Positions 1 through 6,732 of a stretch of DNA of 64,000 nt are shown in pieces; the stretch's first letter is position 1, and every line of letters starts with the position of its first letter. The position numbers and the translations under genes were made by a program. The notes beneath the pieces are model-generated. The model did no database searches. It was not told where the DNA came from and saw only the letters and a list, made by a program, of their open reading frames with translations. The stretch comes from a virus. Location of the stretch: positions 1-64,000 of the IMG/VR virus record IMGVR_UViG_3300018080_000149. The stretch is one strand, 5' to 3'.

Positions 1-60
1 CGGGAATCGAACCCGACTGACCATCTGATTTACATCAGATCAGGGTTGTGCTTAGCTCGG
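1..60 (-). ncRNA. tRNA-like element E1 (3' end cut off by window edge)
   Basis: Minus strand CCGAGCT...ATCTGAT-GTAA-ATCAGAT...TCGGG-TTCGATT-CCCG. Starts immediately after the stop of 61..549. T-arm is clear; acceptor 3' strand lies outside the window. Confidence 0.6.
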
Positions 61-549
61 TCAGGTGTGGGACTTCATGTATTCCTGGTGATCCCGCCAC
101 TCCTGAGCCATCGTGACACAGTGGTCATGTGCCTTGGAGTAGTTGTCGAAGTCCTGAGTATACAGCCCCATCGACGCCAGCTTATCCATGATGAGATAGA
201 TAGCCGGGTGATGCTCGCACTGAATACCCTCGAACCGAAGGGACCGGAGACCCGTGAACAACGTCCGAGAGACAGCGCGCTCGTTACAGGCGTCCTGTAT
301 GCTCAGAGCGATATGGGCCAACCGGCTCTCCGTGACAATGTCACACCGGGAACGAAGGTCCATTGCGACGGGGCGAGCGTCGTCACCCTTCTCGTCGAAA
401 CGCTTGACGGCGTCGAGGATGAGGTGCTCGAAACACGAGCCGTCGTTATTCCGACACTCTCGAACCATCTTGACGATGGTTATGTCAGCGTCTTCGTCGT
501 CGATGTGTTGCTCACAGATATCCACCAGAACGCTCCCTACGTACTTCAT
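61..549 (-). CDS. hypothetical protein (small-gene array)
   Basis: 162-aa ORF; its ATG overlaps the stop of the upstream peptide (TAATG). Confidence 0.75.
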   Translation of the reverse strand: MKYVGSVLVDICEQHIDDEDADITIVKMVRECRNNDGSCFEHLILDAVKRFDEKGDDARPVAMDLRSRCDIVTESRLAHIALSIQDACNERAVSRTLFTGLRSLRFEGIQCEHHPAIYLIMDKLASMGLYTQDFDNYSKAHDHCVTMAQEWRDHQEYMKSHT

Positions 550-626
550 TAGAAAGCACCTTCATTGTGAGCATTACGACGAGCCGCGATCCTAGCCTTC
601 TTCTGATCCTTTTTCGTGCTGGACAT
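549..626 (-). CDS. 25-aa basic peptide MSSTKKDQKKARIAARRNAHNEGAF
   Basis: Strong SD (GAAAGGAGG) before ATG at 626; TAATG coupling to 61..549; below the ORF-track cutoff, translated by hand. Confidence 0.6.
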   Translation of the reverse strand: MSSTKKDQKKARIAARRNAHNEGAF

Positions 627-645
627 TTTCTGTCCTCCTTTCACC

Positions 646-700
646 TGGCTCCCGGAGGAGGGATCGAACCTCCTAAATGCCTGACCCTTTTGGTCCGGGA
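646..700 (-). ncRNA. tRNA-like element E2 (55 nt)
   Basis: TCCCGGA/TCCGGGA perfect 7-bp acceptor stem, 20-nt linker, GGAGG-TTCGATC-CCTCC T-arm, G-CCA end, then GGTGAAAGGAGG. Confidence 0.8.
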
Positions 701-708
701 ACTTACAC

Positions 709-978
709 CTATGCGCGGAACTCTACGATATCCCGCTCGTCCTTCTGATAACTGCTGTCGCGGTAGATCCGCCGCGACATAATTGCGCGGTGGACGACCT
801 TCTCTACGTACCTGGATACGTCCTTCGCCATCTCTTCTGCCACCTCGTCGGAGATGTAAACCTCGGAGGAGTGTGGAAATAGCGCGTGCTTGAGCCATGA
901 CGCGAATGAGGCAGCGCCCGATCCGGGGCGCTCCATCGCGTCAAGGTCCAGGACTACTAGGTGTCGCGAATGTGCCAT
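709..978 (-). CDS. hypothetical protein
   Basis: 89-aa ORF with GAAAGGAGAG SD, between E3 and E2. Confidence 0.75.
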   Translation of the reverse strand: MAHSRHLVVLDLDAMERPGSGAASFASWLKHALFPHSSEVYISDEVAEEMAKDVSRYVEKVVHRAIMSRRIYRDSSYQKDERDIVEFRA

Positions 979-994
979 TTATCTCTCCTTTCAC

Positions 995-1051
995 TAGAGC
1001 CCTGGGCGGGAATCGAACCCGCCTAAACCGCCCGTTTGACCGGGCCAGGGC
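995..1051 (-). ncRNA. tRNA-like element E3 (57 nt)
   Basis: GCCCTGG/CCAGGGC acceptor, CCCG-GTCAAA-CGGG mini hairpin, GCGGG-TTCGATT-CCCGC T-arm, T-CTA end, then GTGAAAGGAGAG. Confidence 0.8.
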
Positions 1052-1073
1052 TGCCGTCGTGATCTGACTCAGA

Positions 1074-1568
1074 TCACTTGAGAGCGAGCGTCCAAGCCGA
1101 CGCGCGAACCTCGAAAAGGGTGCTCGCGTCCTCCCACTCGATCTCCTCACCGTCCGCCTGAAGGACGACACCATCCTGAATCAGGAGTGCCACCTTGTAC
1201 GGCTCCAGAGCGGCTTCGAGGTCATCGGGGTCGACGTCGTCACCGAGCTGCTCGGTGACGTAGGCCGCCGGGTCCGTGGTGTGGACCATGCTGGACTCTT
1301 CGTCGTCGCCCTCATAGAAGACGAGCGCGATGATCGAGGACTCCTGCTCCTCTTCTTCGACCTCTTCTTCGACCTCTTCTTCGACCTCTTCCTCCTCCTC
1401 GATCTCCTCGATCTCCTCGGGCTCCAGCTGCTTCGCCTTCGCCTTGGCCTTCTGGTTCTTCTTTTGGGCCTTCTGGTTCTGAGCCTTGGCCTTCGCCTTG
1501 CCCTTCCCCTTCGGAGCGTTCTTGGAGTTGTTGGTCTTGGAGTTGTTGGTCTTCTTTCCCTTTGCCAT
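1074..1568 (-). CDS. hypothetical protein with Lys-rich N-terminus and poly-Glu tract
   Basis: 164 aa, GGAGG SD; MAKGKK...KAKAKAK followed by EEIEEIEEEEEVEEEV. Confidence 0.8.
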   Translation of the reverse strand: MAKGKKTNNSKTNNSKNAPKGKGKAKAKAQNQKAQKKNQKAKAKAKQLEPEEIEEIEEEEEVEEEVEEEVEEEEQESSIIALVFYEGDDEESSMVHTTDPAAYVTEQLGDDVDPDDLEAALEPYKVALLIQDGVVLQADGEEIEWEDASTLFEVRASAWTLALK

Positions 1569-1611
1569 GCTCTCCTCCTATGGAGATAGTATCCGCCCAC
1601 CACGGGCGGCC

Positions 1612-1663
1612 CGGACCTCGTACCTGGAATCGAACCAGGTGAATTGCTGACCATAGCCGAGGT
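1612..1663 (-). ncRNA. tRNA-like element E4 (52 nt)
   Basis: ACCTCG/CGAGGT stem, GCT-ATGGTC-AGC mini D-arm with GG, CCTGG-TTCGATT-CCAGG T-arm, CCG end, then a GC-rich hairpin. Confidence 0.75.
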
Positions 1664-1669
1664 TTGTTT

Positions 1670-1930
1670 CTACGTGTGAACTGACCACTCCCCGTTGCAA
1701 TAGTGGAGTAGCCCGTTCATAAAGAACGACCCATCTGATCTCGTCCACAGGACACTGAAACCCCACTGCGAGAAGTCATAACCTAGTGAAACGGTCAGGT
1801 TCTCGCCGTAGTGGTGAAGGTACGACAGTGCCCCCTCCAACGCTTCGAGTAGTACGTCGCCGCCAGTAGCGGCTTCGATAGCCTTCAACGTAGTGTGGAA
1901 GTGCTCCACATTGTCAATCTTGAGAGTCAT
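1670..1930 (-). CDS. small conserved protein, DUF4120-like
   Basis: Start reassigned to ATG 1930 (GAAAGGAGAG SD); YDFSQWGF...MNGLLHY...WSVHT C-terminus recalls the DUF4120 family. Confidence 0.6.
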   Translation of the reverse strand: MTLKIDNVEHFHTTLKAIEAATGGDVLLEALEGALSYLHHYGENLTVSLGYDFSQWGFSVLWTRSDGSFFMNGLLHYCNGEWSVHT

Positions 1931-1945
1931 TAGCTCTCCTTTCAC

Positions 1946-2015
1946 TGGAGCCCCTACCAGGAGTCGAACCTGGCTAGACTTGCGTCTATGTGATCTCCAT
2001 TCGATCACTAGAGGC
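1946..2015 (-). ncRNA. tRNA-like element E5 (70 nt cloverleaf, GNRA tetraloop instead of anticodon loop)
   Basis: GCCTCTA/TAGGGGC acceptor; GTGATC-GAATGGA-GATCAC D-like arm; TAGAC-GCAA-GTCTA; CCAGG-TTCGACT-CCTGG; T-CCA; then GTGAAAGGAGAG. Confidence 0.85.
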
Positions 2016-2022
2016 TAGTTCG

Positions 2023-2529
2023 TCACACTTTGATCTTGAGTTTCATGCCTTTCTTCGCGGGCTTGGTGGCCTTCCTGCCCTTCTTGGCGGGCTTCTTCTT
2101 GGTGGCCTTCTTCGCCAGAGCCTTCTGTGCCTTGACCTCGTCCTCGATGATCTGAACGAAGGCTCGTCCGTACTCATCCATTTGCCTATTGATAGCGCTA
2201 CACTCCTCGACTGAGTCTCTGACCCAGTCCATACCCTTTGGCGAGTCTTTCAATTTCTTCCTGGTAAGCTCCCAGTAGTATGAGCCATCATCCCGAGACG
2301 CCATTTCGCGGAGTGTCTTGCCGTCCTCGGCGGTCCAAGTCTGGACCTCTCGACCGACGTCAAGAATCAGATCTTGTATTGACGACAACTTCTCGACAAC
2401 CAAGCTAGCACGAGGGGCCAGCGGTCCCGTAGCGGTGCCCACAACACGATTGCGTTTCTTGGGAGCCGCCTCCGGCTCGGCCTGCTTGGCCTTCGCCTTC
2501 TTGCCGCCTTTGTTGACCTTGAGCTTCAT
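2023..2529 (-). CDS. Lys-rich, histone-H1-like-tailed protein
   Basis: 168 aa; KKATKKKPAKKGRKATKPAKK tail; GGAGG SD. Confidence 0.8.
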   Translation of the reverse strand: MKLKVNKGGKKAKAKQAEPEAAPKKRNRVVGTATGPLAPRASLVVEKLSSIQDLILDVGREVQTWTAEDGKTLREMASRDDGSYYWELTRKKLKDSPKGMDWVRDSVEECSAINRQMDEYGRAFVQIIEDEVKAQKALAKKATKKKPAKKGRKATKPAKKGMKLKIKV

Positions 2530-2570
2530 AGTATTTCTCCTCCCTTCAAAAGTGCCCTTTCGGGCGGGGT

Positions 2571-2622
2571 TGGTCCCTGTACCTGGAGTCGAACCAGGAT
2601 GATTTGCTGACCGTAGCCAGGG
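2571..2622 (-). ncRNA. tRNA-like element E6 (52 nt, same subtype as E4)
   Basis: CCCTG/CAGGG stem, GCT-ACGGTC-AGC, CCTGG-TTCGACT-CCAGG, A-CCA, then GCCC-GAAA-GGGC hairpin. Confidence 0.8.
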
Positions 2623-2635
2623 GGTTGATTTAGGT

Positions 2636-2703
2636 GGGGAGCCTTCCCGTCTGTCAGTGAAAGGAGGAGAGCGAAATGCCCGTCCACAGACGGGCGGCTC
2701 CCC
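2636..2703. promoter_or_regulatory. stem-loop whose loop is antisense to the shared RBS leader
   Basis: GGGGAGCC-TT-CCCGTCTGT / ACAGACGGG-C-GGCTCCCC arms enclose CAGTGAAAGGAGGAGAGCGAAATG in inverted orientation. Confidence 0.6.
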
Positions 2704-2742
2704 TCAGAGCGCTCCCTTGCCATCTTCTCTCTCTCCTTTCAC

Positions 2743-2788
2743 TGGTCCGTGGGGCGGGAATCGAACCCGCCTACAACCATTCCACAGA
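2743..2788 (-). ncRNA. tRNA-like element E7 (46 nt minihelix)
   Basis: TCTGTGG/CCACGGA stem, short TGG-containing linker, GCGGG-TTCGATT-CCCGC, CCA, then GTGAAAGGAGAG. Confidence 0.7.
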
Positions 2789-2835
2789 TTGCCGCTCCAA
2801 ACGGCCGTCTGAGTAACGAACGTGTGTCCCTGTCG

Positions 2836-3222
2836 TTAGGCTGCGTCTCGCGCGGCCATCTCGGCGTCGATCCGCCGGATCTCGCGAATCCCCGCGTCGC
2901 CCGGACAGGCGAAACAGAGTGCGTCTTCCCACGACTCCAAGTCATCGGGGAACGTGAAACAACAGGAATCGAACGCCCCCCACCGTCTCCAAACGGTGAG
3001 AACGCCATCGTTCGTCGCCTCGTTCACAGAGGCGACGAACATGTCGCCGAGGTAGATGCGAGCGAATCCGCGGGCGATGACGACCGCGCGGAGCGTGCTC
3101 CCCATCAGGGAAGACGTGAACGAGTCACCGATACCGTGAACGGTACCGAGGACCGAACCGCCCTCACGGGCGGTGCCAAGGATTTCGTTACAGGGGCTAG
3201 TCTTCGTCGTCTTCTTACCCAT
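2836..3222 (-). CDS. hypothetical protein
   Basis: 128-aa ORF with AAGGAG SD, between E8 and E7. Confidence 0.75.
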   Translation of the reverse strand: MGKKTTKTSPCNEILGTAREGGSVLGTVHGIGDSFTSSLMGSTLRAVVIARGFARIYLGDMFVASVNEATNDGVLTVWRRWGAFDSCCFTFPDDLESWEDALCFACPGDAGIREIRRIDAEMAARDAA

Positions 3223-3268
3223 GTCAATCTCCTTGCCTAACCCGTTCTAGTGGGCCAGGTCTTTGTTT

Positions 3269-3332
3269 TGGTGGAATCACTGGGAATTGAACCCAATTTG
3301 ATCGGACTCCGATCAACCTACCAAGGAATTCC
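3269..3332 (-). ncRNA. tRNA-like element E8 (64 nt)
   Basis: GGAATT/GATTCC acceptor, CCT-TGGT-AGG mini D-arm, TTGATCGG-AGT-CCGATCAA hairpin, TTGGG-TTCAATT-CCCAG T-arm, A-CCA. Confidence 0.75.
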
Positions 3333-3528
3333 AGGGGCCAGGGCCAGGGCCAGGGCCAGGGGCCAGGGGCCAGGGGCCAGGGGCCAGGGGCCAGGGGCCA
3401 GGGCCAGGGGCCAGGGGCCAGGGGCCAGGGCCAGGGGCCAGGGGCCAGGGGCCAGGGGCCAGGGGCCAGGGGCCAGGGGCCAGGGCCAGGGGCCAGGGGC
3501 CAGGGCCAGGGGCCAGGGCCAGGGGCCA
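3331..3528. repeat. tandem repeat of CCAGGGG/CCAGGG units (29 units)
   Basis: Read directly: 21 heptamers and 8 hexamers; G3-G4 runs separated by CCA. Confidence 0.98.
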
Positions 3529-3740
3529 TAACCCATTGAAAACGAAAGGTGAATTCCCTCCGTCTAATGAAGTACCTATCCCGCGACAGGCCCTACACGA
3601 GAATCTTTCACTGTAGTATAAACACTTACATGTCTCTAAGTACCTGGAATCATTCAGCTTTTCCTGGGGGCTGTAGACCCCAGGAAAAAAGTGATAGAAT
3701 CGTCTAAACCCTTGAAATCATTGGGCTTTTCAGGAATAGC

Positions 3741-3882
3741 TGATCTGATCAGATCAAAACTGGACGAGATCAGGACAAAAAAGTGAAAAAGATCAGGTTT
3801 TCTGGTCAAATTGGTACGGATCTTGATACGCGTGTGAGTGATCTGATCAGATCAAACCTGGACTGAGTCTAGACAAAAAAAG
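3741..3882. repeat. imperfect ~43-bp direct repeat starting with palindrome TGATCTGATCAGATCA
   Basis: Copies at 3741-3783 and 3839-3882 in the non-coding region. Confidence 0.8.
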
Positions 3883-3912
3883 GGTGGCCCCGTGGCCAAA
3901 GCCACGGGGCCA
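3875..3912 (-). terminator. Rho-independent terminator ending the structural operon
   Basis: 12-bp stem TGGCCCCGTGGC/GCCACGGGGCCA, 4-nt loop, followed by T7 on the minus strand. Confidence 0.85.
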
Positions 3913-3923
3913 AGAGCAGGGAA

Positions 3924-4610
3924 TCACGGGTCCACGGATGACTCACCCTCCAGTGGAACGCGTATTCCCCTGCGGATCAAGAGACGCTTTTCTGACTCGT
4001 CCAGGGTTCGCCACCAGACGTCAACAGGAACCTGTTTTGAGTGCCCGTTTGACACCTTTTCAGCGGCGTTCTTCACAACCCTTGTGGTCTGTTTGATTTC
4101 GGTTGTCTGGGATCTCTGAGCACTAAGTATCGAGTCCAGACGTTTAGAGACCTTAGCCTGTTCGACTGTAAGGTGAGCCACATTGGCTTCCATTGTTGCC
4201 TTGGAAGAGAACCACCCGAAGGCGGAACCAATCACGACAACAGCGACACCTAGTACCCAGAAGATGCGTTTCGAGGCCGCGGTTTTGATCTCGTTCAGAT
4301 CAGTCCCATGTCCAGCTATCTCGCTCTCTGCGGTATTTACCTTGAGAGAAAGCATACCTTGGCCGTCACGTAACTCAGTTACCGCCTCGGTATTTGGGCA
4401 ATCTTTCACGGAATGTGGTGTAAGATTTCTGGTATGTTCTTCGAGTTTTTTGACGCGCCCCTTGGTGCCACGAAGATCTGTCTTTAGAGATATAACGTCG
4501 TCCCTTGTGTGTCGGGTGTCGTCTTTTATCGCACGAAGATCATCCTTGACCTCACCGAGAAACGCTCGTATATTAGCGGCAGTTGGTGGCGGTGTCGGTC
4601 TATCAGTCAT
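3924..4610 (-). CDS. coiled-coil protein with one transmembrane helix
   Basis: IFWVLGVAVVVIGSAFGWF hydrophobic segment; heptad-rich flanks. Confidence 0.65.
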   Translation of the reverse strand: MTDRPTPPPTAANIRAFLGEVKDDLRAIKDDTRHTRDDVISLKTDLRGTKGRVKKLEEHTRNLTPHSVKDCPNTEAVTELRDGQGMLSLKVNTAESEIAGHGTDLNEIKTAASKRIFWVLGVAVVVIGSAFGWFSSKATMEANVAHLTVEQAKVSKRLDSILSAQRSQTTEIKQTTRVVKNAAEKVSNGHSKQVPVDVWWRTLDESEKRLLIRRGIRVPLEGESSVDP

Positions 4611-4618
4611 AATGCCCC

Positions 4619-5077
4619 CTAGACCCACGTCCTGAAAACGAGATAAACGTAGGGTTTATCACCAGAGGTTTTCACGCAGTCATAAGAACACTTTATCCTG
4701 GTGTAGTCTGGCGGGAGAGGGGCGGAACCCTCTGCAATGACGGAAATAGATCCAGAGGGCGGGACTGGACACCCAACCTCGTCAACCAAACCACAGGAAA
4801 GTGCTCTCACTTCGATCCAGTCGTACACCCCAGGAGATACCTCCCACAGAGCTTGAATAGCTATGCGTAGAGAATCGCCGTCCACACCAAAAGTGTAATT
4901 GACAAGCTCGACACTGACACCCTGGATCTGCCTTTCCTCTTGGAATTGTACGTAGTAGTCCGTGACGTCATCTAGTTCGGCCTCGAAATCCACTCCGTAG
5001 ATCTGCAAGTTTTTGTTAGAGTCACCCGTAGGCTCCAAGATAGACGGCTGTACAGTCTGGTTTACCACTGACCTCAT
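4619..5077 (-). CDS. hypothetical (probably virion-associated) protein
   Basis: ATGA-coupled ORF in the structural operon. Confidence 0.6.
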   Translation of the reverse strand: MRSVVNQTVQPSILEPTGDSNKNLQIYGVDFEAELDDVTDYYVQFQEERQIQGVSVELVNYTFGVDGDSLRIAIQALWEVSPGVYDWIEVRALSCGLVDEVGCPVPPSGSISVIAEGSAPLPPDYTRIKCSYDCVKTSGDKPYVYLVFRTWV

Positions 5078-5640
5078 AGCAGCACGACCTCCGCGCGACC
5101 CCTGACAATACACTCGAAACGGTCAAGGTCTGTCAGGTCATCGCTCACAGTAAGCGTCAGAGCGCCGTTAGATCCAGCACTTATTACAATACACTCGGGG
5201 AAGTTGATCTCTATCAGTAGGAGATCCACCCCCGAGTCTACGGCGTCCTTGTCGTACTGTATTTCATCTGCGTACAGATAGAAGTCTGACAGCTTGTAGA
5301 CAGGGTCTAAGAACAGTGGTACGTCCTCTCCATCATGCGTAAACTTGAAAGTAATACCGTTGTCCAGGCCGTCTGAATGGCCCTTCCCAAAGTCTTGACC
5401 TTCCTTGCTCGTGATGTTGAGCTTGTCCCCATGAAGGATCAGGCGAATCCTGTCGATTGACTTGTGAAGAGTTGCGTCAGTTGTGACGGAGAACTCGACA
5501 GGTGTCGAAGACCCGTCAACAGCCATGTCCGAGGAGCCCTGGTTCACCAGTTTCTCCAGCAGATATCTGTGACCGTTGGGGTCCACCCCAGCGTCGAGGT
5601 GAGCTTTCACTGTGTTCGTCACTACAGTATTCAGTGGCAT
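5074..5640 (-). CDS. hypothetical (probably virion-associated) protein
   Basis: 188 aa, beta-rich, contiguous in the operon. Confidence 0.6.
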   Translation of the reverse strand: MPLNTVVTNTVKAHLDAGVDPNGHRYLLEKLVNQGSSDMAVDGSSTPVEFSVTTDATLHKSIDRIRLILHGDKLNITSKEGQDFGKGHSDGLDNGITFKFTHDGEDVPLFLDPVYKLSDFYLYADEIQYDKDAVDSGVDLLLIEINFPECIVISAGSNGALTLTVSDDLTDLDRFECIVRGRAEVVLL

Positions 5641-5641
5641 A

Positions 5642-6139
5642 TCATGTCTCCAAATACCCGCGAGCGACCGCGTCTATCTCCTGGCTGGAGTTAGATATGC
5701 GCTCTCTCTTGATAACAAACCTAGTGTTCGTGCCGTTACCAACCATGGACGTACCATCCCTGGTAATTGACGAATCTGGCAGATTGAAACACAACGTCTG
5801 ACCGACGATGTATATCCTGTCGATCAGATGATCCGTCGCAGGACTACCCTCTCGCCAGTAGAACTCCACCTTGGACCCACGCTCCGACGGATCACCGGCG
5901 GCTCCGGCGCACAGCATTTGAACTTTTAGCGTAACACCGTTAGCGATGATTGACGACAAAGTCTCTTTCGGTGTTGTACTAACTGAGAGTTCAGCCTCGT
6001 CCTGCGCTAGAGCGAACTCTGTCGTACCAGTAGGCGGGACAGGCGGGCTAGGGGACACTTTCAAAGCGTTGTTCGAGTTGACGTCTGCTACGCTTGTACC
6101 ATCCTCGTTTACGATCACTCGTGCTGGTCCATCCATCAC
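5642..6139 (-). CDS. hypothetical (probably virion-associated) protein
   Basis: 165 aa, coupled to neighbours. Confidence 0.6.
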   Translation of the reverse strand: MMDGPARVIVNEDGTSVADVNSNNALKVSPSPPVPPTGTTEFALAQDEAELSVSTTPKETLSSIIANGVTLKVQMLCAGAAGDPSERGSKVEFYWREGSPATDHLIDRIYIVGQTLCFNLPDSSITRDGTSMVGNGTNTRFVIKRERISNSSQEIDAVARGYLET

Positions 6140-6717
6140 GCTATCGTCCTTATCCGACTCGTTTCTTTTGACCCGGAGTAGGTCAGCGAGTCTGTAACAG
6201 TTGCGAGTATAGTCGAACCATCAGTGTCGTACATCTTCCACGTTATCGTAGTAGGAAATGCCCCCGTATACGCCAAAGTCTTCTCTACGATTTTCTTCAG
6301 CTTGGAGACAGACTCCCACCATATGATAGCAGTTGGGAAGACTCCCGAGTGTATGGTTTCGCGGTAGGCCCCACTGGTAAAACCTTCTGCGGGTCCGTTG
6401 TCTATGAAGTGTATTAGTTGGCGAAGTGTTCTGTGAGCGCTCTCTGTGAGACCACCACTACCAGACAGTAGCGCAGTAAGCGTAACTGGTGACGTGTTGT
6501 TCTTATCACGAAACCGCATGTCATCGCCTTCGCGCTCTACATACACCTCCTCGTCTCTGTTTGATGCGTCCTGAAGATAGAGCCCGGCGCTCTCGATGGC
6601 GTCCTCTTGAGGTGATATTGGGAGTGGTTGACGATATTCGCCAATGTCCGTATCATCGCCGCCGAGAGCGCTGGACTCTTGCTTCATCAACTGGACGCGG
6701 TCGTCACCAACCGCCAT
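6136..6717 (-). CDS. hypothetical (probably virion-associated) protein
   Basis: 193 aa, follows the fibre-like gene. Confidence 0.6.
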   Translation of the reverse strand: MAVGDDRVQLMKQESSALGGDDTDIGEYRQPLPISPQEDAIESAGLYLQDASNRDEEVYVEREGDDMRFRDKNNTSPVTLTALLSGSGGLTESAHRTLRQLIHFIDNGPAEGFTSGAYRETIHSGVFPTAIIWWESVSKLKKIVEKTLAYTGAFPTTITWKMYDTDGSTILATVTDSLTYSGSKETSRIRTIA

Positions 6718-6732
6718 GTGATCTTACTCCGA

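Noticed and set aside
2526-2723. 65-aa ORF with a strong SD
   Set aside because: It runs through hairpins and element E6 and has no protein-like features; left uncalled, though translation is not excluded
646-2788. CRISPR array or integron attC cassette array
   Set aside because: The repeats are not identical, the spacers are whole genes, there is no GTTRRRY-type core, and no cas or integrase gene is in the window
1-3332. Calling E1 tRNA-Tyr(GTA) or E8 tRNA-Thr(AGT), or the array an ordinary tRNA cluster
   Set aside because: The loops lack canonical 7-nt/U33 geometry, D-arms are reduced, and most elements are too short for an anticodon arm
3224-3536. ORFs encoding PWPLAPG / ARGQGPG repeats
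   Set aside because: They are translations of the stop-free CCAGGG(G) repeat, open in several frames; mixed 6/7-nt units argue against coding
3600-3650. sigma70 promoter for the array (TATACT at 3615-3620, minus strand)
   Set aside because: No convincing -35 or extended -10 at proper spacing
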